The notes below the pieces were generated by a model. It was not told the origin of the DNA and ran no database searches. It saw only the letters and a list, made by a program, of their open reading frames with translations. From Thermoproteota archaeon (GTDB lineage Archaea > Korarchaeota > Korarchaeia > Korarchaeales > Korarchaeaceae), in assembly GCA_027491395.1 (NCBI GenBank), contig JAOZFI010000043.1, forward strand, positions 1 through 64,000: a stretch of 64,000 nt of DNA, read 5' to 3'. The translations under genes were made by a program, and so were the position numbers. Each line of letters opens with the position of its first letter. Within the stretch, counting starts at the first letter, position 1. Positions 9,544 to 18,405 of the stretch are shown here, in pieces.

Positions 9544-10419
9544 ATGTCCACTGTTGCTGGAGAGGTAAGGAGGAAGCAGAGTCCTCAGAGGATAAGGAAA
9601 GCCAAGATGATGGAGAGGTTCATAGAGCTAGCCAAGGAGTATCCCACTATAATGCTGGCTGACTTCGCCAGGGTACCGGCTGACCACTTCCAGCGGGTGA
9701 GGAAAGAGCTGGCTCCTGACATAAAGTTCTTCGTGATAAAGAAGAGGCTCGTTCAGAAGGCAGCCGAGAGAATGGACAGGAAGGGCATCCAAGAGTTAGT
9801 CAAGAGGATGCCAATGAGCTTAGTTGCCATTTTCAGTAAGAAAGACCCGTTTGAGACCTACAGGCTAGTAACAGAGAGGAAGGCGGAGGTCTTCCTCAAA
9901 CCCGGTGATATAGCCGAGGAAGATGTAGTTATACCCAAGGGACCCACGGATATAGCCCCTGGACCTATTCTCACCGACTTGAGGGCCATGGGAATACCTA
10001 CAAAAATACAGGGAGGCAAGATAGCGATATCGGAGGACTTCACTATACTAAAGAAGGGTGAAACGGCCTCCCCGCAGGTAGCGGACTTGCTCAGGAACCT
10101 CAACATAAAACCCCTGAAGGTCGGCTTCAGGGTGACCGCTGCCATAGACGAGGACGGGCTCCTCTACCTACCGGAGATCCTCTCGATCACTAGGGAGGAC
10201 ATAATAGAGATGGTCATCAGGGCCCACTCCGCCGCACTGAACTTGGCCCTGGAGATGGGCGAGATAAACAGGCACACAGTGAGGCCTCTCACAGAGAGGG
10301 CTGTCGCGAGGGCCTTAGCTCTTGCCCTAGAGGCCGCTTGGTTGAGCGATAAGACTATACCTCTGCTGATAAGGAAGGCGGTGGTAGCCGCTAAGGTCCT
10401 GCAGGAGAAGGTCTCCTGA
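9544..10419 (+). CDS. rpl10: 50S ribosomal protein L10/P0 (no acidic tail)
   Basis: GPTDIAPGP..GIPTKIQGGKIAI domain II, three C-terminal stalk helices. Confidence 0.93.
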   Translation: MSTVAGEVRRKQSPQRIRKAKMMERFIELAKEYPTIMLADFARVPADHFQRVRKELAPDIKFFVIKKRLVQKAAERMDRKGIQELVKRMPMSLVAIFSKKDPFETYRLVTERKAEVFLKPGDIAEEDVVIPKGPTDIAPGPILTDLRAMGIPTKIQGGKIAISEDFTILKKGETASPQVADLLRNLNIKPLKVGFRVTAAIDEDGLLYLPEILSITREDIIEMVIRAHSAALNLALEMGEINRHTVRPLTERAVARALALALEAAWLSDKTIPLLIRKAVVAAKVLQEKVS

Positions 10420-10450
10420 CCTCCCCTCATCCTTCCGATTTCAATTGATC

Positions 10451-10523
10451 AAGGGGCTCAGGAGCGGAGAGTCTCCTCATTTTTATTGATAATCTGTCTG
10501 TGGAGCTATCATCACAGCCCCTT
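10451..10523 (-). ncRNA. Box C/D guide sRNA
   Basis: Minus strand AAGGGGCT-GTGATGA(C)-TAGCTCCACAGA-CAGA(D')-spacer-ATGAGGA(C')-GACTCTCCGCTC-CTGA(D)-GCCCCTT; terminal stem and two 12-nt guides. Confidence 0.85.
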
Positions 10524-10565
10524 TCTTCTAACCATATCTTCCCTAAAAATTCAGGGGGTTATCCC

Positions 10566-11684
10566 CTATGAGATGGATTCGCCCAAGTAGGGTCGGTAGG
10601 ATTTGAGGACCTCCTTCCACTCCAAGTCCCCGAAAAGACCTCTTTCTTTCTGCCATTTCTGCAATCTATAGAGGGGCTCTATCAACCCACTGTCGGACAT
10701 CAGCTTGTCCCTCAACTTGGCGAAGTCCCCCACTAGGTGCTCGGCCACGAAGTTCTTCAGGTCCAGCGGATGTATCTCGCCCCTCCTGTAACTCCTCTCC
10801 AACTCCTCGTAACTCGAGATCTCTATCTCCCCACCGCCAGCAGCCTTGGATTTAGGTAGGACGACGCTACCAGCCCTTGGAAGTATTATATACCTCATTA
10901 TACCGAGGATCGGGTTCTTCAACCTGCCCTCCTCATCGTACTGATCCTCGGATCCGGGAGGACAATAAGCATGCTTTATCTTCTCTCTTATGATCCCAGG
11001 CGGGTCGTGAACGGCTATGTGTGATTTTGGAATACTGCTGCTCATCTTACCCCCCGTAAGCCCTGTCAGCAGCGGAGTGTGTATGGCCGACGGCACGTAC
11101 TTATTGACCCTGAGGGGAACGTTCGTCGAGAATACGTCCCTAGCCAAAGCATGTATCTTCCTCTGGTCGGTACCTCCAATGGCCACCTTTACTTGGAGGT
11201 ACAGGATGTCGAGGGCCTGCATTAAGGGATAGATGTGGTGGGATACTAGGGGGTCCTCCTGCTCCCTAGCTATCATCGACATGGCCCTCCAAGCCCTCCT
11301 CGCGGTTACCCTCTGAGAGAGCGATAGGAGATCTAAAACGTAGTCAGGAGACAGTTCGAAGCTGCTACCAAGTCTTATTTCTATTTCTGGTGAGCCCAGC
11401 TCGTGGAACACCGTCTTCCAGTAAGTCATAGAAACCTCCTCTATGAGCTCCCTAGGTCCCTTCAGGTTGAGGATCGCGTGGATATCCGCCATTAGGGCTA
11501 TTGCATGGAATCCCGCCTCCACCATGTCCTTCAGCTTGTAAAGTGTGATGAGAGTTCCCAGGTGTATCGGACCGGACGGCTCGTAGCCCACATAGGTGTT
11601 GTGCCGTCCCGTCTTGAGTAGCTCCTTTATCTCATCCAGAGTCATGACGAACTCATCCAGCGGCTCTGCCACGCCCCTTAGCAC
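10566..11684 (-). CDS. tyrS: Tyrosine--tRNA ligase
   Basis: YVGYEPSGPIHLG, YPLMQALD, GGTDQRKIH, KMSSS; true start may be CTG 11714. Confidence 0.95.
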   Translation of the reverse strand: MLRGVAEPLDEFVMTLDEIKELLKTGRHNTYVGYEPSGPIHLGTLITLYKLKDMVEAGFHAIALMADIHAILNLKGPRELIEEVSMTYWKTVFHELGSPEIEIRLGSSFELSPDYVLDLLSLSQRVTARRAWRAMSMIAREQEDPLVSHHIYPLMQALDILYLQVKVAIGGTDQRKIHALARDVFSTNVPLRVNKYVPSAIHTPLLTGLTGGKMSSSIPKSHIAVHDPPGIIREKIKHAYCPPGSEDQYDEEGRLKNPILGIMRYIILPRAGSVVLPKSKAAGGGEIEISSYEELERSYRRGEIHPLDLKNFVAEHLVGDFAKLRDKLMSDSGLIEPLYRLQKWQKERGLFGDLEWKEVLKSYRPYLGESIS

Positions 11685-11792
11685 TAGCGATAGTCTATCC
11701 GTGGTATCACCCAGAGGAGGTGAGGAAACCTACATAAATTCCTTTGGTCTGATTCGAATTGCATGGGAGGACCTCAGAGTAGGTCAGTTTTC

Positions 11793-12326
11793 TCACGAAT
11801 CATTGCCGTCACCTGTCATCACCGGTCCCCCGGAAAACCGGAGAGAACCCTTTTTCTTCTTTACCTCAGATAGGGTTCTGAGCATATTCCAGTAATGTGT
11901 CCCGAACCAGAAGACATTTCCACAGGACGTGCACACTAGAAACTTGATGTGGGAACGGAGAACCTCTCTAGGCAGACCTTTTACCACGTGAGCCCTCCTG
12001 ACGAGGTTTAACTTGGTATTGCAAAACGGGCACCTGCTCTTCTTGGGTTCAATTTTCAACCTCACCCCCTCGCTCGCTGACAGGATAGCCAGAGCTTCCT
12101 CCAATCTCTCGGGGACGCTAACAACTCTGATCCCGTGGTTAATCGCTCTCTTGACGAGCTCCCTATCCCTAGTGACCAGTATCCTGCTGGTCGAAAGCCT
12201 GAGGATCAGGGAATCCCCTTCACTGGGATCCACATACTCGGTGTCACATCCCAGTATCCTCAGCCACCTCGCCAGTTTCCCACTCATCGAGTCAACTAGG
12301 AACTTGGTGTCGCACATCCATACCAC
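11793..12326 (-). CDS. Mut7-C RNase domain protein
   Basis: FLVDSMSGKLARWLRILG.DT, LVTRDREL, RCPFCN..CTSCG..FWFGTH. Confidence 0.9.
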   Translation of the reverse strand: MVWMCDTKFLVDSMSGKLARWLRILGCDTEYVDPSEGDSLILRLSTSRILVTRDRELVKRAINHGIRVVSVPERLEEALAILSASEGVRLKIEPKKSRCPFCNTKLNLVRRAHVVKGLPREVLRSHIKFLVCTSCGNVFWFGTHYWNMLRTLSEVKKKKGSLRFSGGPVMTGDGNDS

Positions 12327-12350
12327 TCACTTTAGGATGGTTGGGGAGGA

Positions 12351-12426
12351 TGGTAGCCCCGCCCGGATTCGAACCGGGGTCTCCGGGTTCAAAGCCCGGC
12401 GTGCTTGGCCGCTACACCACGGGGCT
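12351..12426 (-). tRNA. tRNA-Gln(TTG)
   Basis: AGCCCCG..CT-TTG-AA..CGGGGCTACCA. Confidence 0.95.
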
Positions 12427-12470
12427 TCAGGAGGTTAATTACAATCCTCCCTATAAAATTTGATCTCAAG

Positions 12471-12560
12471 TGGTGCGGGGGGTGGGATTCGAACCCACGC
12501 GGGCCTGACGCCCACCGGACCCTGAATCCGGCGCCTTGGACCTGGCTTGGCTACCCCCGC
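12471..12560 (-). tRNA. tRNA-Leu(CAG)
   Basis: GCGGGGG..TT-CAG-GG, long variable arm, CCA. Confidence 0.95.
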
Positions 12561-12638
12561 TGGTGCTCCGGCCGGGATTTGAACCCGGGTCTGGGGCTCG
12601 AAAGGCCCCTATGCTTGGCCGGGCTACACCACCGGAGC
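12561..12638 (-). tRNA. tRNA-Glu(TTC)
   Basis: GCTCCGG..CT-TTC-GA..CCGGAGCACCA. Confidence 0.95.
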
Positions 12639-12733
12639 CCAATCCACCTATGAGCGTAAACCCAATAAAAATATTATGAGGCCTCTCGTTGAGGAGAGAC
12701 CCTGATTCTCGAATTGAAGATAGGAGAGTGGGA

Positions 12734-13843
12734 TCAGATACTTATCCCCAGATGTTCATCCAACTTCTCCCTCAAGTACTCGACGAATAGCTCTTTCAGC
12801 TTCTTGGCGGTGGGGCTCATGGCCTTGAATATCTCTATCTCTGCCTTCTTCTTTTTCTCTAGGAACCACCTGTTCTCCCTCTGCCAGAACTCGTTCTGAA
12901 GGTTAGGGAGGAACTGATTGTCCTGGGCGGCCTTGAGATCTGCGGGAGTGAGGGGCTCTAGTGCGAACTGATAATCCCTGAAGAATCCTTCCTCTACATC
13001 CTTCGTGAGTATACCAATGAATCTAGCCTCAGGAGATGCTAAATAAGGTATATGAGCGGAATTTATGCTGTTGTATATCACGGTGGCCGCTATCCTGAGG
13101 GACCAAGGGGACAAGTCCGTGAGTATAGCGATGGGGACCCCCTCATCAGATAGCATCCTCAGGAACCTCCTCATGCTCCTAGAAGCCTGTCCCTGTAAAA
13201 TCGCGATAGCTATCTTTCTTTCCTCTGGGATGCCTAACTCGATCATGTTCTTGGCGGGACCCACCTTCTCTATGGCGACGACTGCCTTGACACCGATCCT
13301 CTTGAACTTTATGTTCTCGGGCCTCGGTGGTACAGAGTATCCCATCTCCCCCACCTGATCAGCTCTCAGGACCCTTCCTGATCTGTCAATGAGCTCTATA
13401 TCCCCGTAGATCCATCCTCTGGGATCGCTGGTTATGGAGAAGGCCTCCCTAGGCATTCCAAGTATGAGCTCCATAAGCACTATTCTGGCATCGGTCTCTC
13501 TCTGATCCTCGGGAAATAGAGTTCCCTTAAGCCTCTCCACTTTATGCACATAGTAGAAATCCCTCTTCGTCATAGTGAGTCCGTTCTCTAGGTGATCTAG
13601 CGCTCTGCTCAGCCCGTACAGGACGCCAGCCAGAGTCTTGAGACTCTTCACTCTGGAGCCTCTTATTTTGCTGTAGGTCTTGGGACTGAATATGTAGCCT
13701 ATGTCCTCATCGAATAGTATGTTTTTCTGACTGTTCGGGGGGTACTCTATCTCGGGGAACTCTCCCCGCTTTATCCTCTCGGCAATCTCCTTGGCTAGTT
13801 CAAGAGCTTTCCTCTTGACCTCCGTCTCCTCCATCCTCATCAC
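12734..13843 (-). CDS. top6A: DNA topoisomerase VI subunit A
   Basis: TKRDFYY catalytic Tyr, Toprim EK and TDLSPW, KAEIE; adjacent to top6B. Confidence 0.92.
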   Translation of the reverse strand: MMRMEETEVKRKALELAKEIAERIKRGEFPEIEYPPNSQKNILFDEDIGYIFSPKTYSKIRGSRVKSLKTLAGVLYGLSRALDHLENGLTMTKRDFYYVHKVERLKGTLFPEDQRETDARIVLMELILGMPREAFSITSDPRGWIYGDIELIDRSGRVLRADQVGEMGYSVPPRPENIKFKRIGVKAVVAIEKVGPAKNMIELGIPEERKIAIAILQGQASRSMRRFLRMLSDEGVPIAILTDLSPWSLRIAATVIYNSINSAHIPYLASPEARFIGILTKDVEEGFFRDYQFALEPLTPADLKAAQDNQFLPNLQNEFWQRENRWFLEKKKKAEIEIFKAMSPTAKKLKELFVEYLREKLDEHLGISI

Positions 13844-15362
13844 CTACTTTAACTCTCAACTTATTCAGTAGATTCTCCACAGGAGGACGCTCACCGAGCA
13901 GTTCCTCCAATGTCTCCGCTATTATCTGATAGTACATCTTGAACAGCTCGTACCTCCTTCTGAGCATCTCCTTCCTTCTCTTACGACTCAGGAAGATCCT
14001 CAGATCTCTGGCACAGTTTCTCAGCCCCAGCTCGATTTCCTTGGCTACCTCAGGCACGTTAGCTATGAACTCCTTACCGACTGTCTTGAACGGAACCTTG
14101 GTGGAGACTATGTGAACGAAGAAGACGATCGGCTCGTCCTCGGGACTCTTTATGCCGTAATTACTCCAATCTATCCTCTTAATTATCTGGTAGGATACAT
14201 CACTAGAAATATCGTAGAGGAGAGGTATCCTGTTGGCGTATCTGTACAGCTGTATCTCTCCTGTAGGTCTTATTTGCCCGCCATAGGCTATAGCGGTCTC
14301 TACTATGAAAGGATGAGCCTCGTAAACTGAAGGTGGTCTCTGAACTGCTTTGACGAACTCAGGCTGCAACTCCTTCTTTATACCTGACTCGAAGAGGTCC
14401 GCTCCTAGGGGAGATAGGACGCTGGGGTCGGGAGGAAGGAACTTGTCGTAACTCTTCAGCGCACGGAACAGCCTCTCTATCTCCTCCTTCGTGAGTTTGG
14501 AGGGCCTCTTATCTGGAGGCAAGCCAGCTATCTTCAGGACCTCGCTGGCGGTCTTACTCCCAACCCTCTGGAAGTGCCTAGTCAAGAACGACTTGAGGGT
14601 GCGTGCCTTCGTTGCCTGCAGCAGCCTCTGTAATAGCTCTAAATCCACCCCCTTTGGATGATATAGCGCCTCTTTAGGTCGGGGAGGCAATCTGTCAGTG
14701 CTTCGGGGGAATACGTAGAAGTTACCTTCAGGGTCCATGAAGGAGATGTCCGCGTAGGGGACGACTATGGCCGTCTGGTGCAGGTAATCTATGATCTTCC
14801 TCTTGGCCCTAGGGTAATTACCCTCGAAGTATGATTCCACTACAGTGAAAGAGGCCCTAGATATACCCTTTAAGATCCTCCTATCTAGTACCACAGGCTC
14901 GTTCTTCTGGATGTCTATCATCATGGTTATCTCGTAAACGGGCTCTCCCTTCTTGGCTGATGTCACCTTGAACGGCATATTTGTAGTTATCTGTCCGTAA
15001 AGGAGGGCCATGGTTCCTCCGAGACCGAAGGTACCTCTGCTCTGAATCAGCCTGTATTTGGAACTAACGAAGACTCTACCAAAGGCTCTAGGTATCTCAT
15101 CTGGCCCCAACCCTATTCCATTGTCTGCGACCACTATCCTATACCAAGGCAGGGACCCCACATCCCTCTCCTTATATTCGGTCATCACTACCTGTATCTT
15201 TGGAGGGTTTTCCGCCATCTCCGCCGCATCTAGTGCATTCTCCACCAGCTCCCTGACTATCGTATAAGTAGCTCTGACTGGATTATCGAACCCAGCTAAG
15301 GATTTATTTCTGTAGAAGAAATCCGCAGCACTTATCTCCTCGAGCCTCACGTCTTCGGACAT
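13800..15362 (-). CDS. top6B: DNA topoisomerase VI subunit B
   Basis: ELVENALDA, DNGIG, QSRGTFGLG, YANRIPLLY. Confidence 0.97.
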   Translation of the reverse strand: MSEDVRLEEISAADFFYRNKSLAGFDNPVRATYTIVRELVENALDAAEMAENPPKIQVVMTEYKERDVGSLPWYRIVVADNGIGLGPDEIPRAFGRVFVSSKYRLIQSRGTFGLGGTMALLYGQITTNMPFKVTSAKKGEPVYEITMMIDIQKNEPVVLDRRILKGISRASFTVVESYFEGNYPRAKRKIIDYLHQTAIVVPYADISFMDPEGNFYVFPRSTDRLPPRPKEALYHPKGVDLELLQRLLQATKARTLKSFLTRHFQRVGSKTASEVLKIAGLPPDKRPSKLTKEEIERLFRALKSYDKFLPPDPSVLSPLGADLFESGIKKELQPEFVKAVQRPPSVYEAHPFIVETAIAYGGQIRPTGEIQLYRYANRIPLLYDISSDVSYQIIKRIDWSNYGIKSPEDEPIVFFVHIVSTKVPFKTVGKEFIANVPEVAKEIELGLRNCARDLRIFLSRKRRKEMLRRRYELFKMYYQIIAETLEELLGERPPVENLLNKLRVKVGDEDGGDGGQEESS

Positions 15363-15373
15363 GGAAACACCCC

Positions 15374-15976
15374 TCACTTCTCCTCGTTCATAGTTTCCTT
15401 GAGGGCCTTCCTCAGCAAACTCTCATCGATCAATGCCCTCTTACTCATCTCGGCTATCTTCTTCTCCATAGCCCTGTAGGCCGTGGAGTGCATAGATCCC
15501 TCCAACAGCGAGAACACCGCTTCTCTAGCGGCTACGACGTCATACGTCCTTCCGATTATGGAGACAGTGTGCCCGTAAACCGATATATGGGTATTGGTCC
15601 TGCTCTCTATATAGGAACGAGCCTTTCCCTTCTCTCCGATTAGCCTCCCCCTCATTCTCTTCAACGCATTCTTCCTAGCACCAACGAACCTCCTTATATC
15701 TATGACCTCGAGCACGTAATCATCCTGCAGGAGCTTCAAAGCTATCTCGGGATTGAAACCTCTGCCTATCGCCCTTATCACCGATTCAAGCTTCATCGGC
15801 ATTAGAGGATCTTCCGGAATATCAGAGAATCTTATTAGGACCTCGCCGGTTCCGCTGTCAACTATGATCTCGGCTCCGGTGAGCTCCTCTATCATGGCCT
15901 TGGTGGAACCCCTCTTGCCTATCAGAACTCCTATCCTGTCCTTTGGTATCCTGACCCTGATCTCCTGCAAGAGCAA
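15374..15976 (-). CDS. KH-domain pre-rRNA processing protein (Dim2/Pno1)
   Basis: RIGVLIGKRG, RAIGRGF, GRLIGEKGKAR, GSMHSTAY. Confidence 0.92.
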   Translation of the reverse strand: MLLQEIRVRIPKDRIGVLIGKRGSTKAMIEELTGAEIIVDSGTGEVLIRFSDIPEDPLMPMKLESVIRAIGRGFNPEIALKLLQDDYVLEVIDIRRFVGARKNALKRMRGRLIGEKGKARSYIESRTNTHISVYGHTVSIIGRTYDVVAAREAVFSLLEGSMHSTAYRAMEKKIAEMSKRALIDESLLRKALKETMNEEK

Positions 15977-15985
15977 TACCCCCTC

Positions 15986-16774
15986 TCAAACTTCCTTAGC
16001 CTTGGCAAGCTCCTCGGCAAGCTCGTAAGGGTCTGGGACATCTATCCGGTATCGCTTTTTAAAAAATAAGGTGACCCTCTCCAAGTCCCTGAGGAGCAGT
16101 GAGAAGGATAAAGGATGCACTATGACCACCGCTTGAGACACGTCTATGATCCAAGGATGGTCCTCCCACACCATCACGTTATACTCACTGAGATCCCCGT
16201 GCACTAGATCCGCCTCTACGTACGACTTCCTTATATCCTCAAGTATCTCCTCGAGGTACCTCTCGGGATCCTCTAGATCAGTATCCTTCAGGAGAGGGGC
16301 AGGTACTCCGTCTCTGCCTATGAACACCATCACTAGCACGTTCCCCACAACATCTACGGGCTTGGGCACCCTCACCCCCACATCCCTCAGTCTCTTGAGG
16401 TTTCTAAACTCCTTCTTCGCCCATAGAGGTATGATTTTGTCTCGGTCCCTGACAGGGGGGAATCTGTGATCTCCTATTATATAATCCAAGTACTTCCTGA
16501 AGTTAGCGGTGTAGATCCTGTATATTTTGATCGCTAGCTCACCCTCGGGTCCCCTTCCAGCCAAGACTAGGGATTCCTTTCCAGCGCTTATGACCCATGT
16601 CAGATCGTCCAGCACTCCCTTATTGAACAGCTTCAGAAGAGACCTTATCGTCCTGTTATCGAAGGCCAGTTGCCTTACCTTGAAATACTCCTCATCCTTA
16701 ATCCTCTTCCTGCTTCGGTCCTTCTCCAGCAGTTCCTCTATCTTCTCCTCCAGCTCCTCGAACCTATCAGACAA
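15986..16774 (-). CDS. rio1: RIO1 kinase
   Basis: ISAGKES, AIKIY, WAKKEFRNL, VHGDLSEYN, IDVSQ. Confidence 0.95.
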   Translation of the reverse strand: MSDRFEELEEKIEELLEKDRSRKRIKDEEYFKVRQLAFDNRTIRSLLKLFNKGVLDDLTWVISAGKESLVLAGRGPEGELAIKIYRIYTANFRKYLDYIIGDHRFPPVRDRDKIIPLWAKKEFRNLKRLRDVGVRVPKPVDVVGNVLVMVFIGRDGVPAPLLKDTDLEDPERYLEEILEDIRKSYVEADLVHGDLSEYNVMVWEDHPWIIDVSQAVVIVHPLSFSLLLRDLERVTLFFKKRYRIDVPDPYELAEELAKAKEV

Positions 16775-16792
16775 GCTGAAATCTCCCTCGAA

Positions 16793-17155
16793 TCAGCCCT
16801 CCTTATAGAGCGCCCAGTCTTCGGGTATGTATCCCTTCTCCACCAGCCACTGAACCTGTTGGTGTGTGTATCTGACTACTATGTCCCCTCTATCCTTCTT
16901 GAAGGGCCATATTGACACGAGCACGATGTCCCCCCTCTTTATCCAAGATCTCCTTCCTCTAAGCTTACCTCTCACCCTGCACACCCTAATGGCCCCGTCT
17001 GAGCACTCCACTCTGAAGTGTCCCTTCCCCAACGGCTCCAATACCCTACCGAAGATCTCAAGCTCCTCCTCCACAGGAAGGAGCTCTTCCATCTCAGCAT
17101 CTAAGGATCTCTCGATGTCGCTTCCTTTCTTCTTGGATGCCTTCTTCTTGGGCAA
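16793..17155 (-). CDS. eif1a: Translation initiation factor aIF1A
   Basis: FGRVLEPLG..CSDG..CRVRGKLR..WIKRGDIVLV; likely TTG start 17155. Confidence 0.92.
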   Translation of the reverse strand: MPKKKASKKKGSDIERSLDAEMEELLPVEEELEIFGRVLEPLGKGHFRVECSDGAIRVCRVRGKLRGRRSWIKRGDIVLVSIWPFKKDRGDIVVRYTHQQVQWLVEKGYIPEDWALYKEG

Positions 17156-17165
17156 ATGACCCCCC

Positions 17166-17588
17166 TCAGATCTTAGGTATCGGAGTCTCCGCACCGCAAG
17201 CTTGGCACCTGAGAACCCAAGCCTTCTTGATCTTCACTATGACCGTGTCCGGCCTCCCGCAGTGAGGGCATATCACGTAAGTCCTGATGAATCTCTCCAC
17301 CCTATTTTCCACCTGTCTAGGATCTATCCTCCTGCTCAGTATGAGCTTCCTACCATCCTCGGTGAGGAAGTAGGGAGAACCCAATTCTTTGGACAGATAC
17401 CTAGCTAGGAGCTTGGGATCTCTGTTTAAGGCGGTAGTTATCTCCTTGAAATTGACTACGTGAGTTTGCTTGCCCTCTATCGCAATTATGGGCTTAGGAG
17501 GCGTGAACCTCTCCCCGCTGACTACAACGGCAGGTAGCTTCTCTCTAGCTTCTCTAAGCATCTCCAGATACTCCTCTTTGCTTGACAT
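17166..17588 (-). CDS. eif2b: Translation initiation factor aIF2 beta
   Basis: ERFTPP, NFKEI..LNRDP, YVICPHCGRPDT..CQACGA. Confidence 0.95.
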   Translation of the reverse strand: MSSKEEYLEMLREAREKLPAVVVSGERFTPPKPIIAIEGKQTHVVNFKEITTALNRDPKLLARYLSKELGSPYFLTEDGRKLILSRRIDPRQVENRVERFIRTYVICPHCGRPDTVIVKIKKAWVLRCQACGAETPIPKI

Positions 17589-18231
17589 GTTTATCACCCC
17601 ATCCAACGTACACGTATTTTCCGTTGTCTTTGTATATTAAACCTAAGTCCTCCAGCTCATGGAGCTGGACGATGAGCATACCCTCATCGACCCTGAGGAG
17701 ATCAGCCATCTCTCTACCATCTAGAGGACCTATCTCCTTGAGCAACTTAATTATGGTCCTTAAGTTAAGGGCTTCCGCTGCAGAAACTCCTCTGGGAGGA
17801 GTCTTATACCTCAATTTCCTCCTTAAAACCTCCAGTTCTCTGAGAAAAATGTCATTAGGATCCCTTACCTTGATCACGAGGATGGGATAGAGGTAGAGGG
17901 TGTCCCTCCAGCTCCTTATCCTGCCTATCACATCGACCAAGGAACTGATTCCCAACAACTTACCAGTGTCAGGATCTATGATCCTGTCTATATCCTCCTC
18001 CCAAGCCTTAACTTGAATGCTTCCGCTACCATCGTGTACCTCTATCCAAGCGAAGGTGCCGTCGTCGCTCATCCATGAGTTAATGACTAATCCCATCACT
18101 CTCACCTTGGAGACGCTCCCCCAAGGTAATCGGAAGTAGCGCACCTGATTGATCGATATATCCTCGAATCTGCCCTCTCTGAGCTCCTCTATCCACACTT
18201 TATGGGCGGGTTCCGGGACAGCCGAACTCAT
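17554..18231 (-). CDS. OB-fold plus winged-helix protein, RPA32/RPA2-like
   Basis: VSKVRVMGLV, HDGSGSIQVKAW, VDVIGRIRSW OB-fold; C-terminal wHTH (LHELEDLGLIY). Confidence 0.75.
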   Translation of the reverse strand: MSSAVPEPAHKVWIEELREGRFEDISINQVRYFRLPWGSVSKVRVMGLVINSWMSDDGTFAWIEVHDGSGSIQVKAWEEDIDRIIDPDTGKLLGISSLVDVIGRIRSWRDTLYLYPILVIKVRDPNDIFLRELEVLRRKLRYKTPPRGVSAAEALNLRTIIKLLKEIGPLDGREMADLLRVDEGMLIVQLHELEDLGLIYKDNGKYVYVGWGDKHVKQRGVSGDA

Positions 18232-18258
18232 GCTATCTCCATGAAGCCTAGCTAATCC

Positions 18259-18267
18259 TTATATATA
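18259..18267. promoter_or_regulatory. Near-palindromic TATA box between the divergent RPA2-like operon and tRNA-Ile
   Basis: TTATATATA about 28 nt from both the ATG at 18231 and the tRNA start at 18295. Confidence 0.6.
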
Positions 18268-18294
18268 GGTCCAGTGCCTTATCGATCAGGGCTG

Positions 18295-18405
18295 GGGCCC
18301 GTGGCTCAGACTGGATAGAGCGCCCGCCTTATATGGCGGCTCCCGCTACAGGGACCCCAGAGGAAAAGCGGGAGGTCGGGGGTTCAAGTCCCCCCGGGCC
18401 CACCA
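18295..18405 (+). tRNA. tRNA-Ile(TAT) with a 33-nt intron in the anticodon loop
   Basis: GGGCCCG..CCCGC CT-TAT-A [intron about 18334-18366] A GCGGG..CGGGCCCACCA; body nearly identical to tRNA-Ile(GAT) at 43786-43860. Confidence 0.9.
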
